Shown piece after piece: positions 50,665 to 64,000 of a DNA stretch of 64,000 nucleotides (its first letter is position 1; the number at the start of each line of letters is the position of its first letter). Under the pieces are notes generated by a model. The model searched no databases, had not been told where the DNA came from, and was given only the letters and a program-made list of their open reading frames with translations. A program made the translations under genes and the position numbers. This stretch comes from Patellaria atrata CBS 101060 (Eukaryota), in NCBI GenBank assembly GCA_010093705.1, contig MU006102.1, positions 438,123 to 502,122 of the forward strand, in the 5' to 3' direction.

Positions 50665-51245
50665 AGGGGGGGATTGTAGAGTTAGCAAAAACATCAAATG
50701 TTGGTAAAATGTTGGTATCAGTGCTTGACCCAAGCTTCTACAATATGATTTTAAACAATACAATAATATACACATTAGAGGAACAGAAAATCTCTTGATT
50801 TCAGGTCATGAAAGTTGTTATATAACCATAAGTGTACTAATCTCGGAAAGGGAATTATTACCAAACGGGCCGTGACCTTTATGTTAGACACCTTGAGCCA
50901 AGGTTAAATAAAACAACATGCCTTTTGCCACGTCCCCGTTATCCTAGCTTGATATCAATGATATGTACGCCAGTACATTTTACTCCTTCGAAAGATTAGG
51001 TATGCTTACTACTCCCATTCGTTGCTGAGTCATGCATAGTGGCTTCGGTGATCCAGAGGTTGGTGCATGAAAAAAAGGCTAAAATTATAACTATGGAATA
51101 TAGACATCAAAATACCCTATATAACAGTATGAAGACAGGAAATGTGTGTCGACTCATAAGGAAAGTGGGCTAGAGGAGGTGTTAGACGATTCTTCTTTGG
51201 TATTGACCCCGGAGTATTACCCACATTCAAGCTCTCGAAGCCTTA

Positions 51246-52109
51246 TCATTCGCCCTTAGGATAGTCAGTTGAGAAACTTATTTCCTTCTGCTCGTCGAGA
51301 AGCTCTAGAGTTTGTTGGAGTTTGTTACGGATTCCTGCTTGACAGTCGCTGCCTAAGACTAATCTGACCGGGATCTCTTTCCCTTCCCAAACTCCAGCTC
51401 TGGACAACATATCCACCATTACTTTGCATCCCTTCTCCACGTCTCCCGGCTGGTTATTATTGGTCTGGTCTAGGAAAGCTCGAACTTCGCCTACAGCCGT
51501 CTGGTCGTACTCCTCCATCCTCACTGCCGATTGGATCCTCGCCCCTGGGTTTAGGAATCCAGATCTGAAGTAGCCAGGCTCGATAACCGTAACATCGATG
51601 CCGAAGGGGGCGACCTCAGGCCTCAAACCCTCCGCTAAGGATGAGACAGCTGCTTTCGTAGCGCAGTACAGAGCGCCTGCAGGGCCATTCCGCCAGCTGC
51701 CCACACTCCCGAAAAGGGCAATGGTGCCGGATTTCTGGGCGCGCATGTAGGGCAGGACTGCGCGGGTCGTATTCAACGCACCGAATACATTAGTGTTGAA
51801 CTGGTCGAAGGTCTCCTTGGGATTGGCTTCTTCGATCGCTCCTTCGAAGATGTATCCTGCGCTGTTGATGAGGATGTCGATCCGGCCATAGATCTTGTGG
51901 GCTTCTTGTACGGCTGCCTTTAAGGTGTCGAGTTCGTCTGTTACGTCGAAGGTGATGAGTGCTGCTCCGGCCTCTTTTAAGTCCTGAGCTTTGGATGGAG
52001 TACGGGCTGCGGCAATGACTCTGTGGCCCCGCGAGAGAGCATCTTGAGCGATCCCTTTGCCCAAGCCGGAGGAAGCTCCTGTGATGAACCAGACTAGTGA
52101 AGTGGACAT
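51246..52109 (-). CDS. Short-chain dehydrogenase/reductase, intronless
   Basis: VWFITGASSGLG, GRIDILINSAG, catalytic YCATK and IEPGYFRS. Confidence 0.95.
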   Translation of the reverse strand: MSTSLVWFITGASSGLGKGIAQDALSRGHRVIAAARTPSKAQDLKEAGAALITFDVTDELDTLKAAVQEAHKIYGRIDILINSAGYIFEGAIEEANPKETFDQFNTNVFGALNTTRAVLPYMRAQKSGTIALFGSVGSWRNGPAGALYCATKAAVSSLAEGLRPEVAPFGIDVTVIEPGYFRSGFLNPGARIQSAVRMEEYDQTAVGEVRAFLDQTNNNQPGDVEKGCKVMVDMLSRAGVWEGKEIPVRLVLGSDCQAGIRNKLQQTLELLDEQKEISFSTDYPKGE

Positions 52110-52601
52110 GATTTTATATCAATTTAGTGAACAATCAGGTCAAGGGTTGAGATAGAACAGAGACTTGTTTTTTCTGGGATTAACTTTGTAGACGATGAGA
52201 TTTGAGACAGTGGAATACAGAGCTACGAACTAAAGATATTCCTACCTTTTTATATTCAATAAAACTGTAAAATCCGTTGATTCTCCGATTGCATGAGGTT
52301 CTATCGATTTCTTATCAAAGCATGTCGCCATGGTGGGATGTCTAGAATAGCAGCTCCAAGACGGGCTTAAGCGCGTAACTTCGTTGCTCGGTTTCGGGTG
52401 GAGTTAAGAAGGGATAGCAATTTGGGCTGCTCACGAACATTACCGTACCATTACATCTGTATGAAATGCTACAGCCAATACTAAGTAAAGGGCATGACCT
52501 CGCAGAAAATGCATAGTATCCTTATCGAGACTAGAACCCAAGGTACCATGATGGAAAGATGTAGTGGGGTGTTCGTCGAAAGAAGAATCCGCATTTGCCT
52601 C

Positions 52602-52663
52602 AAGGCGGAGAAAGCGGAGAAAGCGGAGAAAGCGGGAGGGCGGGAGTTCTGGGCGGAGCGGAG
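52602..52663 (+). repeat. (AAAGCGGAG)x3 plus further GCGG(G)AG copies in the SDR/RMD1 divergent intergenic region
   Basis: aaggcggagaaagcggagaaagcggagaaagcgggagggcgggag..gggcggagcggag. Confidence 0.75.
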
Positions 52664-53113
52664 TCTAAACCAATTCAGAGCCAGGAATTTGCTCCTCAAG
52701 CAATCTGCTTTTCTTCCATCCTTTCTCATATGTTGTACTCGTATGTCTCCCTACTATAGAGAAGTTATAACTTATTTCAACCATCCTACCCCTGCTAACT
52801 CGTACGGAGACACGTGAGGGCGTGCCGAGCCTTATTGTCCGTAGCGCCGTTCTTTCAGCCATATGTTTGGGTAGTTTGTCTGGGAGTTCGACGCACCTGT
52901 GCCGCCGATAGCTCCACTACAACGGTTTTAAGCCTAAGCTTCAACAACCTAATATCTTGACATCTCTTTACAGTTCACATCATGAATGGAAGTAGTGCGA
53001 GGGGAACTAAATCTTTCATCTTCTAGCTTTCTTCCTCGGCATTGGTCGACCAGACTCCCAAATAACCTTCCCCTCTCAACTCCGTCTCCTCTATCTCTAC
53101 CATTGAAGAAGCA

Positions 53114-54807
53114 ATGGCTTCCGCTTCCACCTCCGCCTCCGCCTCTGAAGCTACGCCGCTCATCTCTTCTATGCACAAGCATTCCTCAAGCCCTCCTCCT
53201 ACGAGACGGACGGTTACATTCAATCCCTACGTCCTTAGTAGTAGTCCGAATCGATCGTCCTATCTGCCGTTTACGAATCAAAATGGTGCCAGCGGTGCGA
53301 GTACTGGCCTGTCTGCCCTGAACAGCAAACTGCTACGGCGCAACTCAGTTGGTGGTGCACCTTCGAGTACCCTCCCACCACTACCTAAGATTGGACCTCA
53401 AAGGACAACAAGGACGGCTCAAAAATTAAAACTTCTCCCAAGTCCGGAATACGGCGACGATGGTCCTGAGGAGGATAGTGGGAGAGACGTGTATGCTCAA
53501 TTCACAAGAATAAAAGATCCTACATCTCGCAGAGATGCTGCAAGATTAGGGAAAGAAGACCGCGCCAGGTTACCACGGGTCACAGCGTACTGCACGGCAT
53601 CGTCATATCGTATGGACGATTTAATGAGATACCTCAAAGGCAAAGCAAAAACGAGAGCTTCTGCCCCAAAACTTTTCGATGAATGCATATATACCCCATA
53701 TAGATATCCTAAGACTGACAAAGACAAAAACGCACAACTCACTGCTGAGATACACGCACATGCCCACGCACGACCGCAGGATTCCCTTGGTCTTATGCTC
53801 CAACCTGAACGGAGATATTCCGATAGTGCTCTGGAAGAAACGCATTTAGAGCACCGGAAAAACAGTATGATTGATATGCACAATCAAGCTGGTGACATTT
53901 CCTTAGATACTGGTGAGGGATCAATTATACCCCGATCACCAGATGGTGTACGTCGCATGTCAGACTCTGTCCCAGACTCCTTAGACTTTGACACCGAAGT
54001 TCATATTCCGGAAATCTTCGTGTTCGACTACGGTGTTTGTGTCCTTTGGGGCTTGACCCTTCAGCAAGAGCAGAGGTTTCTGAAGGAGATTGCAAAGTTT
54101 GAAATCGAGAAGCTGGCCAAGGACGATGTTCAAACGGAAGATTTCAATTTCTATTATACTAGAGAATACCAGGCTCGTATTTACAATGATTTCATCAGCT
54201 TGAAAGAAAAAAAGAATTATATGACAAAGCTGGCTATCAGTCATGCACTCGCACAGAGCGTTAAGGTAAGCTTGCACAGGAAAAACTTTCCAATTGACCC
54301 ACTCTTAGTATTTTGCTAATGTACTTATAGACATCTCTTTACGAAGATCTCGTTAGCAATACTATAGAGGTCACCAAGGAGATACCTTCTCAGATTGCCG
54401 TTACTGGCAAGGTGAATCTTACTCGTCGTGAGATCAACATGCAAATAGGCGAGCTTTTCATCCTCAGAATCAACATACATCTTCAGGGTTCAGTGCTTGA
54501 TGCCCCAGAACTCATGTGGTCGGAACCTCAGCTTGAGCCCGTTTATTCAGCGGTGAGGAAATATCTCGAGATGGATCAACGGGTGACCCTACTTACGGAG
54601 AGATTGGATGTCATTGCGGATCTCCTTTCTGTGCTGAAAGATCAGCTCACACATTCTCATGTTAGTATTCCCTTACTCCATAGCTTGTAGATCATGCTAA
54701 TCTCTGTGTAGGGAGAATATCTCGAGTGGATTGTTATAGTCTTGATTGCGGCGGAAATTCTTGTTGCAGCGATTAATATTGTTGTCGATCTTTACGCTGA
54801 AGGTTGA
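53114..54807 (+). CDS. RMD1: Sporulation protein Rmd1 (DUF155); exons 53114-54265, 54331-54660, 54712-54807
   Basis: KIGPQRTTRTAQKLKLLP, LPRVTAYCTA, FDYGVCVLWG, KLAISHALAQSVK, GELFILRINIHL and LEWIVIVLI. Confidence 0.93.
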
Positions 54808-55283
54808 TTATTATGATCGTTTGGGTGGGAGTTATAGTTTATTCTTTTCATGTTGAGTTCTTAGAAATGCTCTAGACAGTGTGCTGGGTATTTATTTGGT
54901 CTTCTGTAGTAATAGGGGCACTTGATCAAGCCGAATTTTATGTAAAGGGGAGGAAATACGAGATGGCCAAAGAGAATGAGCCGGGCCTCATATATCACCT
55001 TAAGCGATGTGGTGGTTTCAAAAACTCGATATATAATACCCTCCTAAAGCCCGGATTCGGACGATTTGGAGGTATAAAGGAGAATAGACAAATATTTCCT
55101 TCATTATAGTGCTTGGACGCTGGAAGCTTCGCGGATAGGGTGTTAATAAAGCCGCGGTTTGAGTTAATCTGTTCTAGCGGGACAAGCCCCAACTAGGAGG
55201 TACTTCGAACTGGAGACCACCTTTAAAGATCTCACAATGTGATATACCACGCTACTCTCCCACCTCTCAATGATTCCCTCCAG

Positions 55284-58200
55284 ATGAGTTGGAATCTACT
55301 CGAGCGCTTTATCGAGTCGGATCACTTTAACAACGATCCATCCTTCTCGGTAGCGTACCTCTCGTACGTACATTATTTCGCTAACAGTCCCAATATTCAC
55401 CTCTCTGTGATAGTCATAAGTATTCGGAGCTAATAGATATTCACAGGCGATATGCTGACCATGTGGGAATTCACTATGTCATATGCTCCAAGTTGCGACA
55501 GTTCAGCTATGAGGAGATTGAATTCTTCCTCCCGAATCTGTGCCACCTCCTTGTCTCGGTCGACAATGAGTCAATGGCCTTAGAAGAATTCATAATCGAT
55601 TTATGCGAGGAGTCCGCGAGCGGGGCTTTACTGGTAGCTATGCCCGCGCTCCTAGACTCACTACAAACGTACGGTCATATCTTTACCAACGCTAACTGGT
55701 GAATGTCAGACATTTTGGCTCTTTCAGACCTATCTCCACGATCTTGCTGGAAACCCACAATCTATTTCGTTCAAAACATGCAGGAGGATATATAATAGAG
55801 TACAGCGGATAGTATTTGGTGGCTCAGAACCGATAAAGAGGGAGAAGATCAAGGAGAATGTATTACCCGTTACCGTCCTGTCGAGTATCATACTAGCGAG
55901 CGTTGCTGTCCCTTTTCTGCCAAAGCATGCTGGTCCCCTTGCAGTTGCTCAGGCGCGGAGACCTAGGCCGGCGGAAGACACAATATCTGAGGCCCCCACA
56001 ACACAAAAGCTCGGAAGAAGTCATACTGTTTCGGGCAATCCAACTCGACCTAGGAAACCAAGAGTGCAACATCAGGGGTCGTCTGATGGAGAGGGGCGCA
56101 AAACTGTGAGACCTCCAATCGAACGTTCGACGTCTCCCTTAGCTGGGCTCAAGTCTCCGGTAACTGCACCCAGATTGCCTACAGAACGTCCAAAAAGCAG
56201 TGGCTCATCCAAGGGAGCGGAATCTTCGACGGCTCGCCCAAATCGAAGGCCGCATGACCCCCCCAAACGACCATCCTTACTCACTGTACAGACTAGTGAA
56301 GCTCGATTGAGTACATCTTCCTTACCAGAATACCGTAATCCTGGAGTTACCCCTGGACCAACACCCCCACAAACCGCACGTTTACCACATACACCTTTAG
56401 ATCACGTCCATCGACGACATTCCCATAATTCCAGGCCCTTGACGCCATCCCTGTTGTCCCGAGCCCAGAAAATTCGCATGCTGCGTTCCAACTACTTCCG
56501 CAGCCAGACTGCGTTCTTGAGCGCCTTGGAAGATATTTCCAACAGATTGGTGATTGTTCCAAAACCTGCTCGATTAAGTGCTTTAAGAGCAGAATTGGCC
56601 CTTATCGCGCAGGATCTCCCGGCTGAGGTCGACATCCCGTTACTATGTCCTCCAGTGCTAGTTGATGGTGCTGCTGGAAGGAGCCGTCATCATCGTATTG
56701 TGCGCCTAAACCCAGCTGAAGCCACGAGTTTGAACAGTGCAGAGAGGGTACCATACCTTCTAATGGTAGAAATCTTAGAGGAAGACTTCGATTTCGACCC
56801 TGATACGGAAACCAATCAAGCGCTCTTAAACAAGTTGCTTTCAGAAAAGGGCACGAACAAGCGACGTATCTTCGACATCACAGATGCTTCAAGAGAGGCA
56901 CAGAGCGAACAGAATTCAGATTTTTCAAAGGATAGCGTTTTCGAGCCTGCCAATGGTGACTTGGCAAGTACTCCTCTCATCAAGGACCCGGAGGAAATTG
57001 AGCAGATACGAAGGCAGAATAGGTCACCCTTAGCGAATGGTGCGGTACCCAGAGTTCCACATCCCAGATCCTCAAGTGGAACCGCTGCCACAATGAGCTC
57101 AAGAACAACGCTCTCAACTCCAAGGACTTCAGATGGTGAGACCAGCAGAGGACCTAGTCCCGGCCCTCGAAAGATGACCCTACCTATTCAGAGTCGAACA
57201 CAATCTGCCGATCAACCAGATTTTACTGCGTTAGCCACACATATGCGAACCGCCGCGCAGATGTTAGCTCAGCTTGAAGCTAGCAGCTCAAAACGTCCCA
57301 AGGCTGAAGTAGCAGCTATCAAAGCTAAGATCATTGCTAGCATGCAGAGTCTCGAGGAACAAAGCTTTTTAGACGAAACCAGCAATGCGCCTACGTTTGA
57401 TACTATCATGGCAAATGCCAATGCGGTAGCTGTGACTGCTGAACCCCTGGAGCTTGAAGATGGCCTTGAGTCTGGACCTGATTCGGGTATTAACTCGGCT
57501 GCAGGAGCCGCACGTATGGAGAATGATCAAAAGACGGGTGGTTTGCAACGCAAAGGTGACCGCGACGACCCAAGTGCAGCCACATTCGGCGAAGAGTGGA
57601 CAGCAAAGAAGGAACGTATCCGCCGCTCATCCCCCTACGGCTGGATGAAAAACTGGGAGCTCCTGAGTGTGATCGTGAAAACTGGCGCCGACCTGCGACA
57701 AGAAGCGTTCGCCTGTCAGCTCATCCAAGTCTGCGACAAGATTTGGCAGGATGCGGGAGTCCCTGTCTGGGTAAAGCGGATGCGAATTTTAGTCACGGGT
57801 GAATCGTCCGGCCTCATTGAGACCATCACAAACGGCGTCTCCCTACACTCCCTCAAGCGCAGCCTCACCCTCGCTAGCATAGCCGCTGGAACCAATCCCC
57901 GCAAGCGCATCGCAACGCTGAGAGATCACTTCGTCAAGGCGTTCGGCGATCCGGATAGTGAAGCGTATACGGCGGCTGTAGATGCTTTCGCCAGGTCTTT
58001 GGCAGCTTATAGTATTATTTGCTATATTTTGCAGCTGAAGGATAGACACAATGGGAACATCCTGATCGATAATGTCGGACATATCATACACATCGACTTC
58101 GGCTTCATGCTCTCCAATTCCCCCGGGAGCATGGGTTTTGAAGCCGCGCCGTTCAAACTCACGCAGGAATACATAGACGTCTTGGGAGGCGTTGGAGCAT

Positions 58201-58546
58201 CTGCTTTCAACGACTTTAAAACGCTGTGTAAGCGTGCTTTTCAAGCGCTGAGGAAGGAAGCCGAGCGCATCGTCATGTTGGTCGAGATGATGGGGCGACA
58301 GAGCAAGATGCCGTGTTTTGCGGCGGGCGTGGCGCAGGCGAGCAGTGCGCTCAGGGGGAGGTTCATGCTACAGTTGAGCAGGGAGGAGGCCGAGGGGTGG
58401 GTGGAGGAGTTGGTGACCAAGAGTGCCGGAAGTTATTATACGAGACTGTGAGTTGCATTTCCTCCTTACCGCGTTTCTATACGCATGTGGACTGATTTTG
58501 TGATAGCTATGATACCTTTCAGTATCGCACCCAGGGTATATATTGA
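55284..58546 (+). CDS. PIK1: Phosphatidylinositol 4-kinase Pik1; exons about 55284-55343, 55447-55633, 55710-58447, 58507-58546
   Basis: IEFFLPNLCHL, DLPAEVDIP, LNSAERVPY, RSSPYG, VIVKTGADLRQE, LKDRHNGNIL, HIDFGF and YDTFQY. Confidence 0.96.
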
Positions 58547-59483
58547 GATTTGACAGTCGGGAAGCGGTGTTAGGTGTTGGGGGGATTTGCGTTTGCATTG
58601 AGGGCGCTTTTGGCGGGCATTGGGATGTTGATGGGCAATTGCATATAGTGTTCAATGCATGAAGGTCGTATAGATCTTGGTATATATCTCTCTGCTTGTT
58701 AAAACTGTCTTCTAATCCCCCGGAAAGCGCCATAGTGGGCAAAATCTTCCGAAAGGCCAATGAGTTTGCGTTCTGTCTCGGAGTATGGATCTTTCCAAGC
58801 ATTTCCTACGAAATTCTTTGACCCGAACTCTTCAGTCACCATGTCTAGACAAGATTATACGTAGTGATGATTGGGAAAAGGAAGTAGCGTGATATGAGAA
58901 TGTTCAGCCCCAACTCAGCTGTAGAGAAGAACGAAAGGTCCGAAAGGGTCCAAGTGAGATATTACGTGAAACAAGTATACAGCGAGGGATACGAGTAGAA
59001 CTATATCACTTCTTTGGAGGTCCTCTAGACGCCCACCTGATTTTATTTGTTCCGCTTACCTGAACTTTTCTTAAATGTTGAGGCTCACCGTAGGGGTAAA
59101 TTTAGAGCGCGTCATCAGCTGATTTCGCGTTGCTGAAGCTCGGAGGGTATTAACCACAGCCTCCTACTTATACTAGACAGATGATGCAAGTGTAAATGCG
59201 ACTTGAAATAAAATCTATGTCGCTTTCGATTGTCGTACGGCGAAAGGAAAACTTGCTACTCCGTATAAATCGTTTCATTCGCGCTAGAATAGATTAGAAC
59301 TAGAACTACCGTACCTTAGGGCCTGGGATGCCGCGCCGATTGCGCGCCACCTGTCGGCTCCCCTTTCTCGTGCAGGTACGATAGGTGTAGAACTATCAAC
59401 AAGCAAAATATGGTTGCCTTGCAGCATCAAAGTTTTGTATATTGTTCCTTCAATCCTGGAGGACCTGGAAACCCGCGAGCGGC

Positions 59484-61133
59484 ATGTCCAATGTCAGCGC
59501 GTCAGACATCATCACCTATGGTGGTGTTCCTCTCGCCGTACTAGGTGTATTACCCACGATATTTACATCCATCCGGAGCATGAAGATGGTTCGAACGGTC
59601 CGAAAAACACTGGAACGGAATGGCGTTGCTGCGTTGACGCGTAGTAGCTTGCTTTCAGGCATACTTGAAATAGAGATGCCTAGGAAGAGCATACACCCCC
59701 TCGAGCGATCGGATCCAGCATATTTCGAGCTGTCGAAAACCGCGTCGGAATTGAAAGGCGGAAGCTACACAATTTTTAATTGGAAGGAGCTGGTTGTGGG
59801 GTCAAAAACATATCGTCTGATGTATCATGATGAATTGAGTCAGCCCCAGGCGGAAATTGAATTCGAGCAACTCCTGGCGTTTTTGCTGGATCGAGGGGCA
59901 GTTCCCAGTCCAGCTGGATTCAATGATCTGAGGACATCTGGATTGTGGACACCGGCTGGCACAAAGTTATTGCTCAGTCCATGTACTGCTGATGGTGTCT
60001 TGACTGTCTCAACTCCTGACGATTCTGACGGCATTCTATCACTTGTTCTGTCATGGTGTTCAGAATGGGATAGAAGAGATGGCGACTCGCTCCCACCCTA
60101 TTGGGTCCGTGTAAGCCCTGGTATGGACTATGAGACTCTTGGGAAAGCGTTGAAAAAGGAGGAAAAATCAGAGGCGGATGATGCTCTCGAGCGATCTGAA
60201 GGAAGTGGAGGTCCCCAATCAAGCATGTGCATACGTATAGGGTTAAATGGAATCGAAAATGCATATTCCGAAGACGACCCCAAGTGTTCGCTCAGTCTCT
60301 TGCATATAAGTAGTCATTATGGACCAAATGCCTCCACAGCGTTCTGGTTTGCATGTGCAGCTACTGCAGTTGCCGCTCCTCGAGGTGGTCTCTGGAGATT
60401 TACTATTCCCGAGGAGATTCTCTCACTCTGTGCAAGGGATTCTGTGCCTTGTGGAGTGATGGTGCTTCTTGCACTTATGGAAGAAGATGCTGTAAGTAAA
60501 TATGGCAACCTAGTCTGGGCGCGAAGTCTGACTCTGTAGGTCCCTATGTGGCGTACTCCATTTGATACACAACTTGAGAATTTTGAGCGTCAACGCAAAA
60601 TTCAAGAGCAAAGTCGACTTATACATCAAGAGTATCGGCTTCCACCTGAACAGCGGCAAGCAGCATGGAGGGCGAGAATTGAGAAAGAACATTTTGACTT
60701 TCACCATGACCATCAAAGGAAAATCTTGGAGCAGGAACGACAGCGTGAACAAGAACTTCGAGAGGCATTAAGCTCGCAGCGCCTGAGTCTAGCGAAAGTT
60801 GCTGAAGCGAATCGCAAGTGGCTTGTTGTTAATGGTCATATCAATGAGGAAACCAGTATCACTAGCGTCGTTGAACAGATGTTGTTTTGCATGGTCCAGC
60901 ATGAAGAAATGGCGAAGTCGATTGCTGCAATGTTAGATCGATGGAAGAACTGGTCTGATAATGGCGGTATGAACAAAGCTCACTTCACGTCCGTGAAAGA
61001 GGAGCAAGTCTCCTTCGCTCTCGCGTCGTGTTTTCTCTTTGCGATAAAGGAATCATCAATGGCCGCTGCGGGAGGAGTTGTTGCGGATCTACAAGAATGC
61101 TTAAGGATATGGAAAAAGGTTCGACTTGGATAG
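59484..61133 (+). CDS. Hypothetical fungal protein with N-terminal hydrophobic segment; intron 60492-60539
   Basis: Two ORFs joined by GTAAGT..CTGAC..GTAG; DIITYGGVPLAVLGVLP, FLLDRGAVP and LQECLRIWKKVRLG look protein-like; function not recognised. Confidence 0.85.
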
Positions 61134-61360
61134 GAGTGTTTAGAAGGACTGGTTCTTATGGGATCGAGTGAGAATCTCCCTTTGCCAGCAAATCTTAACT
61201 TATTAAGCCCTTGAAGCCTTTTTTCTATATCCTTTCGATATTTATCGTGGTACGCATGGTACGCATATCAACTATTGCACATTTAGTGTACTTATTATTA
61301 TAGTACTTGTACGACCTTTACTGTAACGTTCATGCCTTCTCGTCAAGAGCAGGAGGAATT

Positions 61361-61368
61361 ATGACTCT
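61361..61368 (+). promoter_or_regulatory. Gcn4/CpcA-type element ATGACTCT upstream of ILV3
   Basis: TGACTC core about 280 bp upstream of an amino-acid biosynthetic gene. Confidence 0.35.
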
Positions 61369-61642
61369 TTACAATTCCTCAGGCTAGGTTTTCAGGCTCA
61401 AGGAATTGCCTGTATTTCTCGACAAACAATACCCCATGAGGTATTATTAGCCTGTCGCTGTTTGCTTGCTCACTCACCGCGTTCATGATGAGAAATAACC
61501 GGCGGCTATTGGTGCGGGGAGCAAGAGTTGTCTCCGGGCCGATCGGAGCTTGGCATCTGGGGCATCTGGGGAATCCGGTCTTAAATAAAAGCTACTCGCC
61601 TGCACATTTTACGTTCAGCCCTTAGTGACAATTGACACCAAG

Positions 61643-63493
61643 ATGCTGCTCCCACGGATAACAAGTGTGCAGGCTCGGCCAGCTTGGTGCTCGAGGGCGT
61701 TATGGAGACCATTGTAAGCATAATCACCCGCCAATTGCTGCTCGAATGTTTCCCACTAACTGGATGTCAGACGAGGGCTCTCCACCTCAACAAGGCGTCA
61801 AGCGGAGGAATTGAACAAAGTCAGCAAGCATATCACACAACCGAAGTCTCAGGGAGCTTCTCAGGCCATGCTCTACGCCACCGGCCTTAAAGAAGAGGAT
61901 ATGAACAAGGCTCAGGTCGGAATCGCTTCAACATGGTTTTCGGGAAACCCGTGCAATATGCACTTGATGGAACTCAATAACGTAGTCAAGGAGGGAGTAC
62001 AGCGCGCAGGCCTCTGGCCCATGCAATTCAACACCATTGGTGTCAGTGACGCCATCTCAATGGGGACAAAGGGTATGCGATACTCTCTTCAATCTCGCGA
62101 CATCATTGCAGATTCCATAGAGTCAGTTATGGGCGGCCAATGGTATGATGCGAACATTTCCATTCCTGGTTGCGATAAAAACATGCCTGGTGTTGTGATA
62201 GCGATGGGCAGACATAACCGCCCGTCAATAATGGTCTACGGCGGCTCCATTGCTCCTGGCTGCGCTAAATCGCTGGACAATCAAAAAATCGACATCGTCT
62301 CCGCCTTCCAGGCGTACGGGCAATTCATATATGGCGATATCAACGAAGAGGCTCGCTTCGACATAATCCGGCACGCTTGTCCTGGAAGTGGTGCCTGTGG
62401 TGGAATGTACACTGCTAACACCATGGCTACAGCTATCGAAACCATTGGATTATCTCTTCCCGGTTCATCTTCCAATCCCGCGGAGTCTCAAGCAAAACGA
62501 CTTGAGTGTCTGGCCGCTGGTGGTGCTATTAAAAACCTTCTTAAGGAGGATATCCGACCCCGTGACATTATGACTAGACAAGCATTCGAAAACGCCATGG
62601 TTGTTACCACTATTTTGGGTGGCTCCACCAATGCGGTATTGCATCTAATTGCCATGGCCGACAGTGTAGGATTGAAACTTACAATCGACGACTTCCAAGC
62701 CGTGAGCGACCGGACACCCTTCCTTGCCGATCTTAAGCCATCTGGCAAATATGTCATGGCGGATCTCTTTAATATTGGCGGTACTCCAGCTCTCTTGAAG
62801 CTCCTCGTCAGAGAAGGCGTCATTGATGGGTCCGGAATTACTGTCACTGGGAAAACCCTCAAAGAAAACGTCGAATCAGCCCCTGAGTTTCCCTCAGATC
62901 AACAAGTCATCAAACCATTCTCATCTCCCATTAAATCTACAGGTCATATCCAGATTCTGCGCGGTTCCCTTGCCCCAGGTGGATGTGTTGGTAAAATCAC
63001 AGGCAAAGAGGGGTTGAAATTTGTGGGTAAAGCCAAAGTATATAATGACGAAGATGATTTTATTGCTGCACTTGAGCGAGAAGAGCTCAAAAAAGGTGAG
63101 AAGACTGTCGTGGTGATTAGGTACGAGGGACCCAAGGGCGGGCCAGGCATGCCAGAAATGCTTAAACCGAGTGCCGCAATCATGGGTGCTGGCCTAGGTC
63201 ACGATGTCGCTTTGATTACCGATGGAAGGTTCAGCGGAGGTAGCCACGGGTTCCTTATTGGTCACATTGTTCCGGAAGCGCAAGAAGGTGGCCCAATCGG
63301 ATTAGTCCAGGACGGGGACGAGATCACCATCGATGCTGAAACTAGGAGACTGGACGTAAATGTCAGTGAGGCAGATTTAGAGAAGAGGAGGAGTGAGTGG
63401 AAAGCCCCGCCCTTGAAGTACAACAAGGGCACACTCTATAAGTATGCCAAGAATGTAAAAGACGCCAGTCATGGGTGCATCACAGATGCATAA
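61643..63493 (+). CDS. ILV3: Mitochondrial dihydroxy-acid dehydratase; exons 61643-61713 and 61771-63493
   Basis: Arg-rich presequence; [49 protein letters not shown] and TDGRFSGG. Confidence 0.97.
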
Positions 63494-64000
63494 GCGATAG
63501 GAGTAACGCGCTGTACTACTGTACAAGTGTATATACTACCTTGGGAGCGTCCCTGGATCTTTGAGCATCAGGCGTTTGGGAATGGTTAGGTTCAAAAGGA
63601 CTTGGATGACACTATTTATTTGACGGTTAGCACAATGGCTTAATCCATCAGAAACTAATCAAGAATATATCTACATAGAGTAGAGGCTCGACTCTACCTT
63701 TCCCCTGATGCATTTACGAGACAACGTTGCTACCGCCCTTCTTCCCAGTCGAAACATCTGTACTCACTTCTGCTATTCGACTGATCGTCTTCGATACTGG
63801 AGTTGATTTGTCAGGGACGAGGAAATGAATGATCGCACCTATGGATTGTTTGCTGTTGCTCCCGTTCAGATTGTTTTGAATGAAATGGGAAGAGATATAA
63901 CCGGGGCTGATAGCAATTCTAATAAACAATTCGTAAAAGATTCAGTGACCCATTTTCAAAAGCGTATAGCTTCCAGGTGTGTATTCTAGTAATAATTCTA

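Noticed and set aside
42786..52109. Secondary-metabolite biosynthetic cluster
   Set aside because: No PKS, NRPS, terpene synthase, DMATS or pathway regulator in the window.
61495..61550. Leu3/LeuB site upstream of ILV3
   Set aside because: CCG and CGG triplets are present but not in the CCG-N4-CGG spacing.

Overview
Eukaryotic, intron-containing DNA from a filamentous ascomycete (Pezizomycotina-type GT..RCTRAY..YAG introns). It is gene-dense, with about 24 protein-coding loci, one pseudogene and one 100-N assembly gap. Mostly conserved core genes: IAH1-like esterase (partial), CLC channel, NIP7/NOC3 head-to-head, CDC42, PRR1-like kinase, SET9, mitochondrial uL14, RPB9/ESS1 head-to-head, SIN1/AVO1, PRCC-like, RMD1, PIK1 and ILV3. 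Accessory genes are a DUF3445 protein, an MFS transporter, a secreted protein, a carboxylesterase and an SDR, plus several unknown proteins. Best leads: (1) an unusually long RPB9 intron with a weak donor whose in-frame read-through would replace the C-terminal zinc ribbon with a different CxxC-x5-CxxC module; (2) the same architecture in an orphan gene next to CDC42; (3) a HET-domain gene disabled by 8 in-frame stops and no frameshift, RIP-like; (4) recurrent abrupt C-rich to G-rich switches inside genes. Exon boundaries were read by hand and not confirmed with RNA data. No tRNA, rRNA, CRISPR or intact transposon was recognised.
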